DNA of 64,000 nucleotides from Candidatus Marinacidobacterales bacterium (GCA_965237955.1 OZ250169.1:5664001-5728000); one strand, 5' to 3'; shown: positions 10,592 through 20,331, counted from the stretch's first letter. The notes: generated from the letters alone by a model not told the origin. Made by a program: numbers and translations.

Positions 10592-11731
10592 TTAGTGAGC
10601 CTCAATCAATGCAGTAAGACTCGTGGGCCCGGGGCGGTCACCGTCTGCGTGCGGCGAGATCTGGTCGCGTTGGCCTGAATCCGGGGGTACCCCAGGTGTG
10701 GACCACCTTGAGAAAGTGGCTCCGGCGGCCTCCTGGCGCGTCGTTTTCTCCGGCGGCGGGTTGATCCAGGCCTGAGGAGGCAAAACGGGGGGCTGTGGCA
10801 TTCCGCGAACGAAGCGTTCGGGATGAGCCCGATGAGCTTCGAGGAGGATTTGGCGCCGGGCAGTGGTGAGCTGTTCCGCGAGACCATCGTGAACGGCGGC
10901 CGGTGTCATGATGCCGATTCCCGAGTGCCGGCGTTCGTGATTGTAGTAGTCGAGGAAGCCGCCGCAGAACAGCCGGCCGTCTTCGATGGAACCAAAACGG
11001 CTCGGAAACTGAGGGCAATACTTCAGAGTCTTGAACTGGGACTCGGAGTAGGGGTTATCGTTCGAGACGTAAGGTCTGGAGTGGGTCTTGGTAACGCCGA
11101 GGTCAGCCAGGAGCATAGCTACGGACTTGCTTCGCATCGAGCTGCCACGGTCGGCGTGGATGGTGAGCTGGTCTGGTTCGATGTTCTGTTTGCGGCAGCT
11201 CTCGCTGATGAGACGACGAGCGAGCTCAGCGCTTTCTCGTCGAGCCAACATCCACCCGGTCACGTAACGGGAGAAGATGTCCAGAATCACGTAGAGGTAG
11301 TAGTAGGTCCACTTGACGGGGCCACGCAGCTTGGTGATATCCCACGACCAAACCTGGTTCGGCGCTTCGGCCAGCAGCTCCGGCTTTTGATAATTCGGAT
11401 GTCGCAGCTGGTTCCGGCGCTCTCGGACCTCTCCGTTCTCCGCCAGAATCCGATACATCGTGCGGATCGAGCAGTAGTAGATTCCCTCGTCCAGGAGCGT
11501 GGCCCACACCTGAGCGGGCGCCTTGTCGACGAACCGCTCGGAGTGCAAGGCACCGAGAACCAGCTCACGTTCGGTCACATCGAGGGCTCGGTGCGACCGA
11601 GGGCGGCGTTTCGCATTGGACGTTACCGTCTGGCGCCTGCGATACAACGTGGAGCGAGCTATTCCAAGGGCCTCGCAGGCTTCCGCCGTCTGTCCAATTC
11701 GTCCCGCCAGCTCCTCGGCCGCCACCATCAA
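10592..11731 (-). CDS. IS3-family transposase OrfB (rve/DDE)
   Basis: WSWDITKL, ILDIFSRY, HADRGSSM, NDNPYSESQFKTLK. Confidence 0.92.
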   Translation of the reverse strand: MMVAAEELAGRIGQTAEACEALGIARSTLYRRRQTVTSNAKRRPRSHRALDVTERELVLGALHSERFVDKAPAQVWATLLDEGIYYCSIRTMYRILAENGEVRERRNQLRHPNYQKPELLAEAPNQVWSWDITKLRGPVKWTYYYLYVILDIFSRYVTGWMLARRESAELARRLISESCRKQNIEPDQLTIHADRGSSMRSKSVAMLLADLGVTKTHSRPYVSNDNPYSESQFKTLKYCPQFPSRFGSIEDGRLFCGGFLDYYNHERRHSGIGIMTPAAVHDGLAEQLTTARRQILLEAHRAHPERFVRGMPQPPVLPPQAWINPPPEKTTRQEAAGATFSRWSTPGVPPDSGQRDQISPHADGDRPGPTSLTALIEAH

Positions 11732-12195
11732 TCGTTCTCGTCGCTGTCTGGTGGATTCAGGGGGATCCCCAGAAGTTCGGAGGTTTTTTTTTGGATCTCT
11801 AGCATCGTCTCCACCCGAGCCAGGCGATGCTTCAATCGCGCGTTCTCGCGCTCGAGCTCCTTGACCCGTGGATCCTCTGCCTTCGCCTTCCGTCCTCGCT
11901 TCCTCGATGTCAACCCCGCCTTGGCAATCTTGTCACGTTGGCGACGCCAACTCGAAAGATGCGACGAGTACAGTCCCTCTCGACGCAGAAGAGCCGCAAC
12001 ATCCCCGTCACCCTTGCAAGCATCGGCCTCGCGCACTATCCGCAGCTTGTACTCTGCGGTAAAGCGTCGACGCTTCGCTTGCTCACTCACTTCGGGATCC
12101 GGGACCCCTGCCGCATCGCGGCCGGCGCGATCTGCAGTCGCCCTACGGGCTCCTTTCGATCCCGCCGGGGTCATTCTCTCAATCAACGTAGTCAT
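11728..12195 (-). CDS. IS3-family OrfA (HTH)
   Basis: RRRFTAEYKLRIV...LLRREGLYSSHLSSWRRQ plus coiled coil; overlaps orfB start. Confidence 0.88.
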   Translation of the reverse strand: MTTLIERMTPAGSKGARRATADRAGRDAAGVPDPEVSEQAKRRRFTAEYKLRIVREADACKGDGDVAALLRREGLYSSHLSSWRRQRDKIAKAGLTSRKRGRKAKAEDPRVKELERENARLKHRLARVETMLEIQKKTSELLGIPLNPPDSDEND

Positions 12196-13525
12196 TCATG
12201 ATCCTCCTCCGCCCTCTACACTAATTTCAAGGGGCGAAGTGTCTCAAGGAGGTTGGCACAGAGGGCGGCGCGAGCTCGATGGATTGCGGGTGATTGGGAT
12301 GGACGAGATCAGCTACCGCAAACGCCACAAGTACTTAACAGTGGTAATAGACCATCTCAGCGGCCGGGTCGTCTGGGCGGGAAAGGAGCGCAAGGCCAAG
12401 ACGCTGCTGCGGTTTTTCCGCAAGCTCGGACCACAAAGAGCCGCGGAGCTCGAAGCGGTCAGCATGGACATGTGGGAGCCGTACATAACTGTCGTCGGCA
12501 AAAAGGCTCCTCAGGCACGGGTGATCTTTGACCGCTTCCACATCGTCAAGCATCTGAACGAGGCCGTGGATAAGACCCGGCGCGAGCTGGTGCGCGAGCT
12601 CAAAGGGACTGCCCGGCGCAACCTCAAGAACACCAAGTTTCCCCTTCTCAAGGCCAAACACAACCGCAGCGCGAAAGACAAACGGGTGCTCCGCGAGCAG
12701 GTGCGAGCTAATCGTCGCCTCTACCGCGCCATGCTTCTGCGCGACGACTTCATGGACCTCTACACCTACAAAACCGAGACATGGGCCAAGAAGTTTCTCC
12801 GAGGATGGCTGCGGCGCGCTATGAGCTCGAGGATAGAGCCCGTCAAACGCGCGGCGAAGATGATCCGCAGCCACTTCGATGGCGTCATCGCGTGGGTCAC
12901 GTGGAGACTCAGCAACGGCCGACTCGAAGGAATGAACAACAAAATCCGGCTGCTGAGCCACCGCAGCTTTGGACTCCACTCTGCCGAAGCTCTCATCAGT
13001 CTCGTCTACCTAAACTGTGGCGGTCTCACCCTCGAGAGGATCCACTGAAATGGCAGGAGAGGCAAAAAGATTCTAGCGTTCTCGCCGATGCGCATCTACA
13101 CATGGCTTACCCTCTCAACCCACGGGCCTCACCAAATGCCACTGCCCCTCAGCGGGAGACAAGGCTGTGGGAAACGCCCCCACGGTTCTGGTCGTTCAGA
13201 CCTTGCTCACGACTGAGTTCTCTTCGAAGCCTGGAAGGGCGTTTTCCATAGCCTCCACTAATCGAGCCCCCCCTTCCTTATTCCATATGAATTAATCTTT
13301 CTTGTATATATATCAGGAGGGGCCTGTGGGCGCTCGTGGGAAACGCGAAGCGTTTTCCAAGCGATTGTGGAAAACGCCGCTCCACGTTTGTACGTGCTCA
13401 CAACCTTTCCCTAAACGCCTCTCTCGCCCGGAGTTTCCGGCGTTTTCCACAATCGCGGCAGCGTCCATAGGCCATGCCCTCCAACACAAATCAGATCCCC
13501 CGAAACGACAGGAGAACCAATCTTT

Positions 13526-14383
13526 TTAAGACCGATTCAAGCCCCAGTCGTAGTCTCGAAACTTCACGCTAACGCTATCGCTGTGAGCGGCAACCAACTC
13601 ACGCACTTCCGCCGTCGCGTACTTCGCGATGAACTCTTGCAGGCTCCTCTCGGAGCCGATGTACTCCGGATCGACGAAGTCGCTTCCGTACCAATCCATG
13701 ATCTTGCTGACCAGTAGCGTGTCGCCGTCGACGGAGACGTAGTCGGGGTTGGTCAGCGCGTTTTTGCTGACGGTGTCGAGTTGTTCGTCGATCTCATCTC
13801 CGGTGAACGCGCGCGTCGGTAGCGGAGGGCACGAGATCGACGCGCAGTTCACTGCGAAGTGGAAGCGCGGGTCTTTGAACAGCGGGCGCAGTACGTTGTG
13901 CTCCATGTTGTCGAGGCTCAACAAAAAGCTGCCAACGGTATGGTCCTTACGCCCGAAGACGTCGGGAACGTCCCGGATGCTCTGGATATCGAAAGCTCCA
14001 TCGGCGCTCACGTGGTCCAAGATCGTGGCAATGGTGTACGCGTTGTAGGCGTTGGCGAACAACGCTTGAATCTCGTTCGATGACAACGCGGACAGATCCG
14101 CGTCGGCGAGCGCGCCGAGGTAGGCGTCGAACTGTTCCTCATCGGCTTTGAGCCCGGCGTAGTCGAACCGACGCCCGCCGTCCTTGGCGTGTCTTTGCAC
14201 GAGCTCATCCCAAGAGGAGTGGTCGAAGCGCGCCGAGCCGTCCTCGATGCCGTGCGCGAGGACCGAGGAGAGGTCTCCGCCAATCGGTGCGGCACGCGGA
14301 GCGCCGCACGCCGCGCTCGTCACCGCGACGAGCCCCGCCAAGAGCCCCGCCAAGAAACGTCCCATGCTCTCCAGCATCAGCAT
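13526..14383 (-). CDS. DUF547-domain secreted protein/lipoprotein
   Basis: NAYNAYTI, SLDNMEH, DPRFHFAVNCASISCPPL, SKIMDWYGSDF, YDWGLN are DUF547 motifs. The stop codon overlaps the ISL3 TSD. Confidence 0.88.
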   Translation of the reverse strand: MLMLESMGRFLAGLLAGLVAVTSAACGAPRAAPIGGDLSSVLAHGIEDGSARFDHSSWDELVQRHAKDGGRRFDYAGLKADEEQFDAYLGALADADLSALSSNEIQALFANAYNAYTIATILDHVSADGAFDIQSIRDVPDVFGRKDHTVGSFLLSLDNMEHNVLRPLFKDPRFHFAVNCASISCPPLPTRAFTGDEIDEQLDTVSKNALTNPDYVSVDGDTLLVSKIMDWYGSDFVDPEYIGSERSLQEFIAKYATAEVRELVAAHSDSVSVKFRDYDWGLNRS

Positions 14384-14516
14384 ACACTGTCATTTTCCGC
14401 GACCCTGTGAATACTTCCACACGTCGAGAAAGGGCACGGGCACGGGTTCGAGCACTCTAGTGTGGCTGTTCGATTTGTGTTACATTACCACTTCGACGGA
14501 AACTTCGGAATTACGC

Positions 14517-16148
14517 ATGTACGAAGCCTTCTTCGGCTTTCGGGAGAAGCCTTTCAACCTCACCCCCGACCCGAAGTTTCTGTACTTGTCGACAAAGCAC
14601 AACGAGGCGTTCGCTCACCTGGAGTTCTGCCTCAAGCAACGCGGCGGGTTCATGGCCGTTACCGGCGAAGTCGGGACCGGCAAGACGACTCTGTGTCGCT
14701 ACTTCCTCGAACGGCTTGACGACGACACCCTAAGCGCGTTCATCCTCTATCCGGCGCTGGGCACGACCGAGCTTCTTCGATCGGTCAACAAAGACCTGGG
14801 TATTCCCGCCGAGGGTGAGTCCAACAAGGAGCTCATCGACTGCCTTCACGAGTTCCTCCTCGAATCGCGACGCGAGGGGAAGAACATCGTGCTCGTCATC
14901 GACGAAGCCCAAAATCTGTCGCGTGACGTCCTCGAGCAGGTGCGACTGATCTCGAACCTGGAGACGGATACGGAGAAACTCATTCAAATCGTCCTCATCG
15001 GACAATCCGAGCTCAACGACATGCTGGCGCAGACGGATCTCCGCCAGCTCGCGCAGCGTGTGACCGCGCGTTACCACTTGACTCCGCTAACGCGTCAGGA
15101 CCTGACGCAATACATCCGGCACCGGCTCGCGGTTGCCGGTGGGATCGGCACAGTGGACTTTACCGCCGGTGCTCTTCGAGCGGTACACCGTTATTCAAAA
15201 GGCATTCCACGACTCATCAATCTCGCGTGCGACCGCGCCCTTCTCGCGGGTTTCGTTCTCGAAAAGAATGAAATCACTGCGAGCATCGTTCGCCGCGCCG
15301 TCAAAGAGCTCGAGGTGATGGACCCGCGTCCGTGGTATCGCCGTTTCGGGTGGGGATTGATGTCTATCGCCGCCTCGCTGGCTCTCGTGCTCGGCGTTTT
15401 GTCGCTCGCGCACGTCGGGGGAGCGAACGGATGGAGTTTCAATCCGGGGACCGTTTGGTCGGCACTGAGCTCGGACCGACCGGCGCCGGTGGCGCCCTCG
15501 GGCATGAACCTCGAGCAACTGACCGAGCACTTCGAGCTGCGTCTGGTCACACTGTCGGAGGAGCTTTCCCGCCGCGCTGCTTCGGCAGTGCTGCTCGAGC
15601 GGTGGGGGATTCGCCTTGGGGGCGGCCTCGCAGCGATTTCCGCTCTCGAGGATATGCCGTCGCTTGCGGATCGCGCCGCGCTTCAGTATTCGGAGCTCGA
15701 GACAAGCTTCGCCCAGCTTCGCGCGTTGAACGTCCCCGCCGTCCTCGAAGTGATTCACCCTTCGCGCGACCGCGTCTTGTACGTGACGTTGACCGGCCTG
15801 GAGGACGACGACGCGGTCGTCTACTTTGCCCCGGGGGACTTCTACGAGCTTCCGATCGACAGCGTGAAGAAATTCTGGACGGGTCGGGCGCGACTGTTCT
15901 GGCGGGACTTCGACGAGCTCGAATCGGCCGACATTCCAAGCCGGTTGGTGTGGGCGCGCGTTCGGTTGAAGAAGATGGGACTGCTCGACGACGACGCGGA
16001 TTTCGAAGCGGTCGAACTGCAAAAGGCACTCCAGGAGCTTCAAAGGCAAGTTTTCCTCGAACCCACCGGAAGTGTCGGGCACGACACGCGCTTGGCACTT
16101 TATAGTCTCGGCGGCGACTACCGGATGCCGTCTCTCATGCACCCATGA
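14517..16148 (+). CDS. exeA: ExeA/GspA-type AAA ATPase with C-terminal periplasmic region
   Basis: MYEAFFGFREKPFNLTPDP, GEVGTGKT, IDEAQNL, LIGQSEL, GIPRLINLACDRAL, one TM helix, peptidoglycan-binding-like tail. Confidence 0.88.
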   Translation: MYEAFFGFREKPFNLTPDPKFLYLSTKHNEAFAHLEFCLKQRGGFMAVTGEVGTGKTTLCRYFLERLDDDTLSAFILYPALGTTELLRSVNKDLGIPAEGESNKELIDCLHEFLLESRREGKNIVLVIDEAQNLSRDVLEQVRLISNLETDTEKLIQIVLIGQSELNDMLAQTDLRQLAQRVTARYHLTPLTRQDLTQYIRHRLAVAGGIGTVDFTAGALRAVHRYSKGIPRLINLACDRALLAGFVLEKNEITASIVRRAVKELEVMDPRPWYRRFGWGLMSIAASLALVLGVLSLAHVGGANGWSFNPGTVWSALSSDRPAPVAPSGMNLEQLTEHFELRLVTLSEELSRRAASAVLLERWGIRLGGGLAAISALEDMPSLADRAALQYSELETSFAQLRALNVPAVLEVIHPSRDRVLYVTLTGLEDDDAVVYFAPGDFYELPIDSVKKFWTGRARLFWRDFDELESADIPSRLVWARVRLKKMGLLDDDADFEAVELQKALQELQRQVFLEPTGSVGHDTRLALYSLGGDYRMPSLMHP

Positions 16149-16825
16149 GCCTCATACTCGACGCACTGAAGAAGATCGAACAGGACAAGAGGCGGTCCGG
16201 CGGCTCGCAAATCGAATCGATCACGGTGTCGCGGGGACGCTTCGGCGGCCGTCAGCATGTGTTGTCGATGGCGGCCATCGCCGTCGGCTCGGCATTGTTG
16301 ACCGCCGCGGCGGTCTCGTTTCTCATCAACAATAGGCACGGTGCTGACGCGACCGTCCCCGTCGCGCCACCTGAGGTCGAAGCGCCGCCCGAGCCACGTG
16401 AGCTCGACACACCACCGACCGAACTGGAAACTCCAGTCGTGGTCGTTACCAAAGAAGCCAGCGTCCGGACTCGCGACCCCGAGCCCGATCCCGACCCAGC
16501 TTCCATCGAAGAAGCCGACGACGCGACCCAACCCATCCGACTCGTGGGTCGCGAGCGGGTTCTGTTGGACGGTTTGAGCATCAAGGACCCAGCCGAATCC
16601 TTTGACCATGACGACGCCGAGCCCCAAGACAGCGAGCCACTTCCCGACGATTTTCCCGATCTCGTTCTACAGGGCACGTCGGTGATTGGCAACAACGCGG
16701 TCGCGGTCATCAGCGATCAGCGTGTCTTCGAAGGAGACCGCATCGAAGGCGCCCTCGTCATCCGTATCGGCGAGCGTGAAGTGGAGCTAGAGCTCGACGG
16801 TCGTCGGTTCACACTACGTCTCTGA
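16145..16825 (+). CDS. exeB: ExeB/GspB-like protein
   Basis: MSLILDALKKIEQ start, TM helix, Pro-rich linker, C-terminal beta domain; ATGA overlap with exeA. Confidence 0.8.
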   Translation: MSLILDALKKIEQDKRRSGGSQIESITVSRGRFGGRQHVLSMAAIAVGSALLTAAAVSFLINNRHGADATVPVAPPEVEAPPEPRELDTPPTELETPVVVVTKEASVRTRDPEPDPDPASIEEADDATQPIRLVGRERVLLDGLSIKDPAESFDHDDAEPQDSEPLPDDFPDLVLQGTSVIGNNAVAVISDQRVFEGDRIEGALVIRIGEREVELELDGRRFTLRL

Positions 16826-16853
16826 CATCAGCCACCCGCCATCAGCTTCGACC

Positions 16854-17357
16854 TTGCTAGTCTTTGGTCACGTTGCATCCGCTAGCGTTGCTTGCCACGG
16901 CCTCGATCGGAGGGCGGACCTCCGGTGGATCATCTTCTTGACGCTCGTCGCCGACATGATCGACAAGCCTTTCGGGCTCGTCATCTTCAGTGACACCATC
17001 AACAACGGACGAGTGTGGTTTCATTCGCTCGCGGTCAACCTCGCGCTTTCTCTCGTCTTGTTGCTCTGGAGAAAACCGCTCGTCTACGTGCTCGCACTGT
17101 GGTTCCATCAGCTTTGCGATCGCATGTGGATGCGACCCTGGGTCGCGCTGTGGCCGTTGACGGGCGCGTTCTATCGTGACATGGCGTTCGATGAATGGGT
17201 ATACAACGTTTTGAATCCGTACAACGTCATAAGTGATGTCATCGGGCTCGTTGTTCTGATCGTCTTCGCGCGGTACTACCGACTTTTTCAAAAGGACCGT
17301 TTGGTGGCGTGGATCCGTACCGGCAGGCTCGAGCGCCCGTTGCCATCGTCGCAATGA
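16854..17357 (+). CDS. Membrane metal-dependent hydrolase (YdjM-like)
   Basis: GH...DMIDKP...HSL...HQLCD...LWP motif pattern; hydrophobic. Confidence 0.7.
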   Translation: MLVFGHVASASVACHGLDRRADLRWIIFLTLVADMIDKPFGLVIFSDTINNGRVWFHSLAVNLALSLVLLLWRKPLVYVLALWFHQLCDRMWMRPWVALWPLTGAFYRDMAFDEWVYNVLNPYNVISDVIGLVVLIVFARYYRLFQKDRLVAWIRTGRLERPLPSSQ

Positions 17358-17393
17358 ACGACCTTGCGCGCTAGACTCGACTGATCGCTCGAG

Positions 17394-17799
17394 ATGCTGC
17401 GTCCGTTGACCATCGAATCGACCGGCCAGGGGCTCGTCGACATCACTTCCGATGTCGAAGCTGTCGTTCGCTCGTCCGGGATCGCCGAGGGACTGTGCAC
17501 CGTATTTGTGCAGCACACCTCCGCGAGCCTCGTCATCCAGGAAAACGCGGACCCCTGTGCGCGTCGTGACCTCGAGGCGTGGCTCGGACGGCTCGTTCCC
17601 GAGGGCGATCCCCTCTACACCCACACCGCCGAGGGCCCAGACGATATGCCAGCCCACGTCAAGAGCGCTCTTACCGCCACGAGTCTCGGTGTGCCCGTCG
17701 CTTCGGGACGATCTAGCGCTCGGGACATGGCAAGGTATTTACCTCTGGGAGCACCGACACCGAGGTGGCGCCCGGCGGGTTCTTGTCCACGTCAGTTGA
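17394..17799 (+). pseudogene. yjbQ: YjbQ/UPF0047 protein with a +1 frameshift near 17711
   Basis: HTSASLVIQENADP...EGPDDMPAHVKS lies in one frame and LALGTWQGIYLWEHR in another; could be a sequencing error. Confidence 0.85.
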
Positions 17800-17806
17800 C
17801 TTACAC

Positions 17807-17857
17807 TTGATATTCTCCTTTCGCTGAGTCACAATACGATGCGAACATTTGGAGAAA
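17807..17857 (+). promoter_or_regulatory. Putative lexA promoter and LexA box
   Basis: TTGATA-N17-CACAAT (17807-17835). GAAC-N7-GAAA at 17843-17857 is one mismatch from the GAAC-N7-GAAC direct-repeat SOS box described for Alphaproteobacteria and Acidobacterium. Confidence 0.5.
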
Positions 17858-17865
17858 TCAGAGGG

Positions 17866-18468
17866 ATGATACTGACGAAGCGACAGAAACAAATTCTGAA
17901 CTTTATCGAAGAATCCATTCGCAAGAACGGCTACGCGCCGAGTCTGGACGAGATCAGCCGACACTTCGAGCTGCACTCGATTTCGACAATCCACAAGCAT
18001 TTGGTCAATCTCGAGGACAAGGGCCTCATTAAGCGGCACTGGAACCGCGCTCGTGCTATCGAGCTCGTTCCCGCACAGGACAAGCCGGAAGCGCGCGACG
18101 TGCCCTTGGCCGGGCTCATCGCCGCCGGCGAGCCGATCGAGGCGGTGCGAGGCAACGAGCTCGTTGCCGTTCCCGAGGACATGATCGGCCGGCGGGAAGT
18201 CTATGTGTTGAAGGTGCGGGGCGAGTCGATGGTGGACGAGCAGGTGCGCGACGGCGACTACGTGATCGTCGAGAACCGAACCGATCCGAAAAACGGCGAA
18301 ATGGTAGTGGCTCTCTTGAACGGTGAGAACGCGACGCTCAAGAAGTTCTACCGCGAGAAGAGCCAGATTCGACTTCAGCCGGCGCACCCGACGATGAAGC
18401 CGATTTTCGTTCAAGACGACGAGATCGCGATCCAGGGAGTCGTCGTCGGAGTCATGCGTAAATACTGA
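17866..18468 (+). CDS. lexA: SOS repressor LexA
   Basis: LTKRQKQIL...GYAPS HTH, Ala-Gly cleavage site IAAGEP, catalytic Ser (GESM) and Lys (TLKK). Confidence 0.96.
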   Translation: MILTKRQKQILNFIEESIRKNGYAPSLDEISRHFELHSISTIHKHLVNLEDKGLIKRHWNRARAIELVPAQDKPEARDVPLAGLIAAGEPIEAVRGNELVAVPEDMIGRREVYVLKVRGESMVDEQVRDGDYVIVENRTDPKNGEMVVALLNGENATLKKFYREKSQIRLQPAHPTMKPIFVQDDEIAIQGVVVGVMRKY

Positions 18469-18488
18469 GCCACTGAAATGGAGAGAAG

Positions 18489-18833
18489 ATGACTGCCAAG
18501 AAATCCATCAACTTCACCGTCGTTCCACAAGAGCCTGATGAAGGACAAGCGCCGTCCGAAAGTGTGTACGCGAACTTTTGCGCGGTCAACCACACCCCGT
18601 TCGACTTCACATTGACGTTTTGCGAGATGAAGCCGCTCAGCGAGAAAGATGTCGAGGAGGCCCCCGAGGGTGCGACGCGAACGGTCCGGGCCCCCGTCAA
18701 GGTCAAAATAGTCGTGCCTGCGCAGCTCATCCCCGCTTTGGGCGCAGCGTTGCAAGAGAACTGGCGGCTCTACCAAGACGCCTATTCGAACATCGGCTGG
18801 GCCAAAGGGAAGATGGGCGGGAAGGTTCACTAA
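18489..18833 (+). CDS. DUF3467-like small protein
   Basis: VYANFCAVNHTPFDFTLTF...ALQENWRLY pattern; RBS GGAG. Confidence 0.7.
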   Translation: MTAKKSINFTVVPQEPDEGQAPSESVYANFCAVNHTPFDFTLTFCEMKPLSEKDVEEAPEGATRTVRAPVKVKIVVPAQLIPALGAALQENWRLYQDAYSNIGWAKGKMGGKVH

Positions 18834-18843
18834 AGAGGACGCG

Positions 18844-19734
18844 ATGACCGCCTCGCCGAAAACCGTGGTCCACGTCACCATCGAGCGCTTTTTTGAATCG
18901 ATAGGAAGCCGCAAGCTCGACGATTTGATGTCGTTGAACGACCAGCTCGACCAAACGCTCGCGCGGCACGCGACCGGGTGGCAGCGGCCGTCGGCGGATG
19001 AGGCTGTTCTTGCGACGGATCCGCCGTGGGATGAGAACGGGTCGCCCATGGATTGGGCGAGTGCACTGAGCGATTCGGTCCGCGACGAGATCGGTCTCGA
19101 CTGCTCGGTCGGGATCGCGGCCACGCGGTTCGCGGCGCGTATCTGTTCCCGCATCGCCCGGCCGCGCGGTGTTCTGCTGTGGCTTTCGGGCTACGAGGAC
19201 GGTTTGATTGCGAGCTTGCCGCTCGAGGAGCTCGACGAGCTCACACCCAAACAACTCGCGATGCTGCGCGCGCAGGGGGTGCGGACCCTCGGAGAGATGT
19301 CGTCGCTCGCGTCCGTCGAGGCGCGGGCGATCCTGGGCTCGCAGGCGTCCAAGCTGATGAGCCTGTTCCGTGGGCTCGATCGCACTGCCGATCGCGGCGA
19401 GGGGAGCCGCTTGTCGCGAGCTGTCGCTCTCCTGGCGCGGCGTCTTACCCGACGTCTCGCGCGTTGTGATCGTCGAGCCCGTGGCCTCGAGCTTCGCTTG
19501 GTTTTCGACGACGGAGTGGGTCGAGAAAGGTACACGCTTCTTCCGCGTGCGGTGGCGGAGCTCGAGGAACTGGACCGAGCGGCCCAACGACTGCTAGCAA
19601 TGTCCCCCCGACGTGAACGCCCGGTGACTGGCTTGTCTCTCACCGCTACCGGCCTTACGTCCGGAAACGGCCAACTCAACCTGTTCCGCCGAGAGCGCCC
19701 CCGCGAAGTAGAAGTCAAGCTCGGCCGCAGCTGA
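18844..19734 (+). CDS. Degenerate Y-family DNA polymerase homolog (DinB/ImuB-like)
   Basis: VVHVTIERFFESI (cf. HVDMDAFYASV), SADEA, GLDCSVGIAATRFAARI (cf. SIGIAxNKxxAK), GVRTLGE, little-finger region, C-terminal QLNLF. Confidence 0.8.
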   Translation: MTASPKTVVHVTIERFFESIGSRKLDDLMSLNDQLDQTLARHATGWQRPSADEAVLATDPPWDENGSPMDWASALSDSVRDEIGLDCSVGIAATRFAARICSRIARPRGVLLWLSGYEDGLIASLPLEELDELTPKQLAMLRAQGVRTLGEMSSLASVEARAILGSQASKLMSLFRGLDRTADRGEGSRLSRAVALLARRLTRRLARCDRRARGLELRLVFDDGVGRERYTLLPRAVAELEELDRAAQRLLAMSPRRERPVTGLSLTATGLTSGNGQLNLFRRERPREVEVKLGRS

Positions 19735-19920
19735 GCTGGCTGATGGCAGATCCTCCCGCACGTGTAGTGCCTTCCCTACAGGCGTTTTTTGGCTCTTGAA
19801 GCTAAGTCGTTGATAGGGAACTCGTTATCCAGAGGCATCAGCAGGAACGCTGTTTGCATTAACTCTCGTTTCAGGGTCGTGTCCGTTCCCCCGCGGGGCG
19901 CGCTCATTCCAGGAGAACGC

Positions 19921-20331
19921 ATGACCGAACGCCGCAGACGACGCCGCATCCCGGTAGAGCACGCCATGGAGGCTCGGCTCGTTGCCGACGGCAGAGAGAC
20001 GCGGGGCCAGGTCATCGACCTCAATAACGCCGGCGCATTCGTGGCCACAGACCTCGTTCTCGACAAGAACACCGCTGTCGAAGTGGAGCTTCAAATCCCG
20101 GGCGAGGACAAATCTTTACCACTGAAAGCGGTCGTGGCACGCCGCACTGAAGAAGTGAAAGGCAAGACCCGTGTCATCCCTGCGGGACTCGGGCTCGTGT
20201 TCATGACCGAGAACGTGATGGAGCGGGCCTTCATGCAGAAGGCAGTTCTCGAGGCCCTGAAGGGAAGTCTGGCGGTGACGCGGATGAATCTCTCGACTCC
20301 TCCGGCAACTGACGAAAACGCTCGCCCGTAA
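19921..20331 (+). CDS. PilZ-domain protein
   Basis: ERRRRRR (RxxxR) plus DLNNAGAF (DxSxxG-like), AVVAR, GLGLVF. Confidence 0.8.
   Translation: MTERRRRRRIPVEHAMEARLVADGRETRGQVIDLNNAGAFVATDLVLDKNTAVEVELQIPGEDKSLPLKAVVARRTEEVKGKTRVIPAGLGLVFMTENVMERAFMQKAVLEALKGSLAVTRMNLSTPPATDENARP

Larger units (their letters stand above)
10553..12265 (-). mobile_element. IS3-family element type A, copy 1
   Basis: Subterminal IRs GTGTCAACAACTTTGAGACAC / GTGCCAACCTCCTTGAGACAC. Duplication CGGC (4 bp, up to GCGGCG depending on end choice). Same ends as 29415-32572. Confidence 0.88.
10111..13048 (+). pseudogene. ISL3 transposase split by IS3 insertion
   Basis: N-part 10111-10552 (...QRDERR) and C-part from about 12266 (RELDGLRV...) together match the intact copy at 8374-9591. 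Confidence 0.92.
9628..13063 (+). mobile_element. ISL3-family element, inner copy in inverted orientation
   Basis: Left IR at 9628, right IR ends 13063. 8 bp TSD AAAAAGAT at 9620-9627 and 13064-13071. The ~480 bp leader matches the reverse complement of 13064-13518 plus 9592-9627. Confidence 0.93.
8359..13518 (-). mobile_element. ISL3-family element, outer copy, interrupted in its leader by a sister copy
   Basis: Ends GCCTCTCCTGCCATTTC (8359) and reverse complement of GGTTCTCCTGTCGTTTC (to 13518). 8 bp TSD AATCTTTT at 8351-8358 and 13519-13526. Confidence 0.93.

Noticed and set aside
10823-13048. 741 aa ORF that looks like a large novel transposase fusion
   Set aside because: It is the antisense frame of the IS3 running by chance into the C-terminal half of the interrupted ISL3 transposase.
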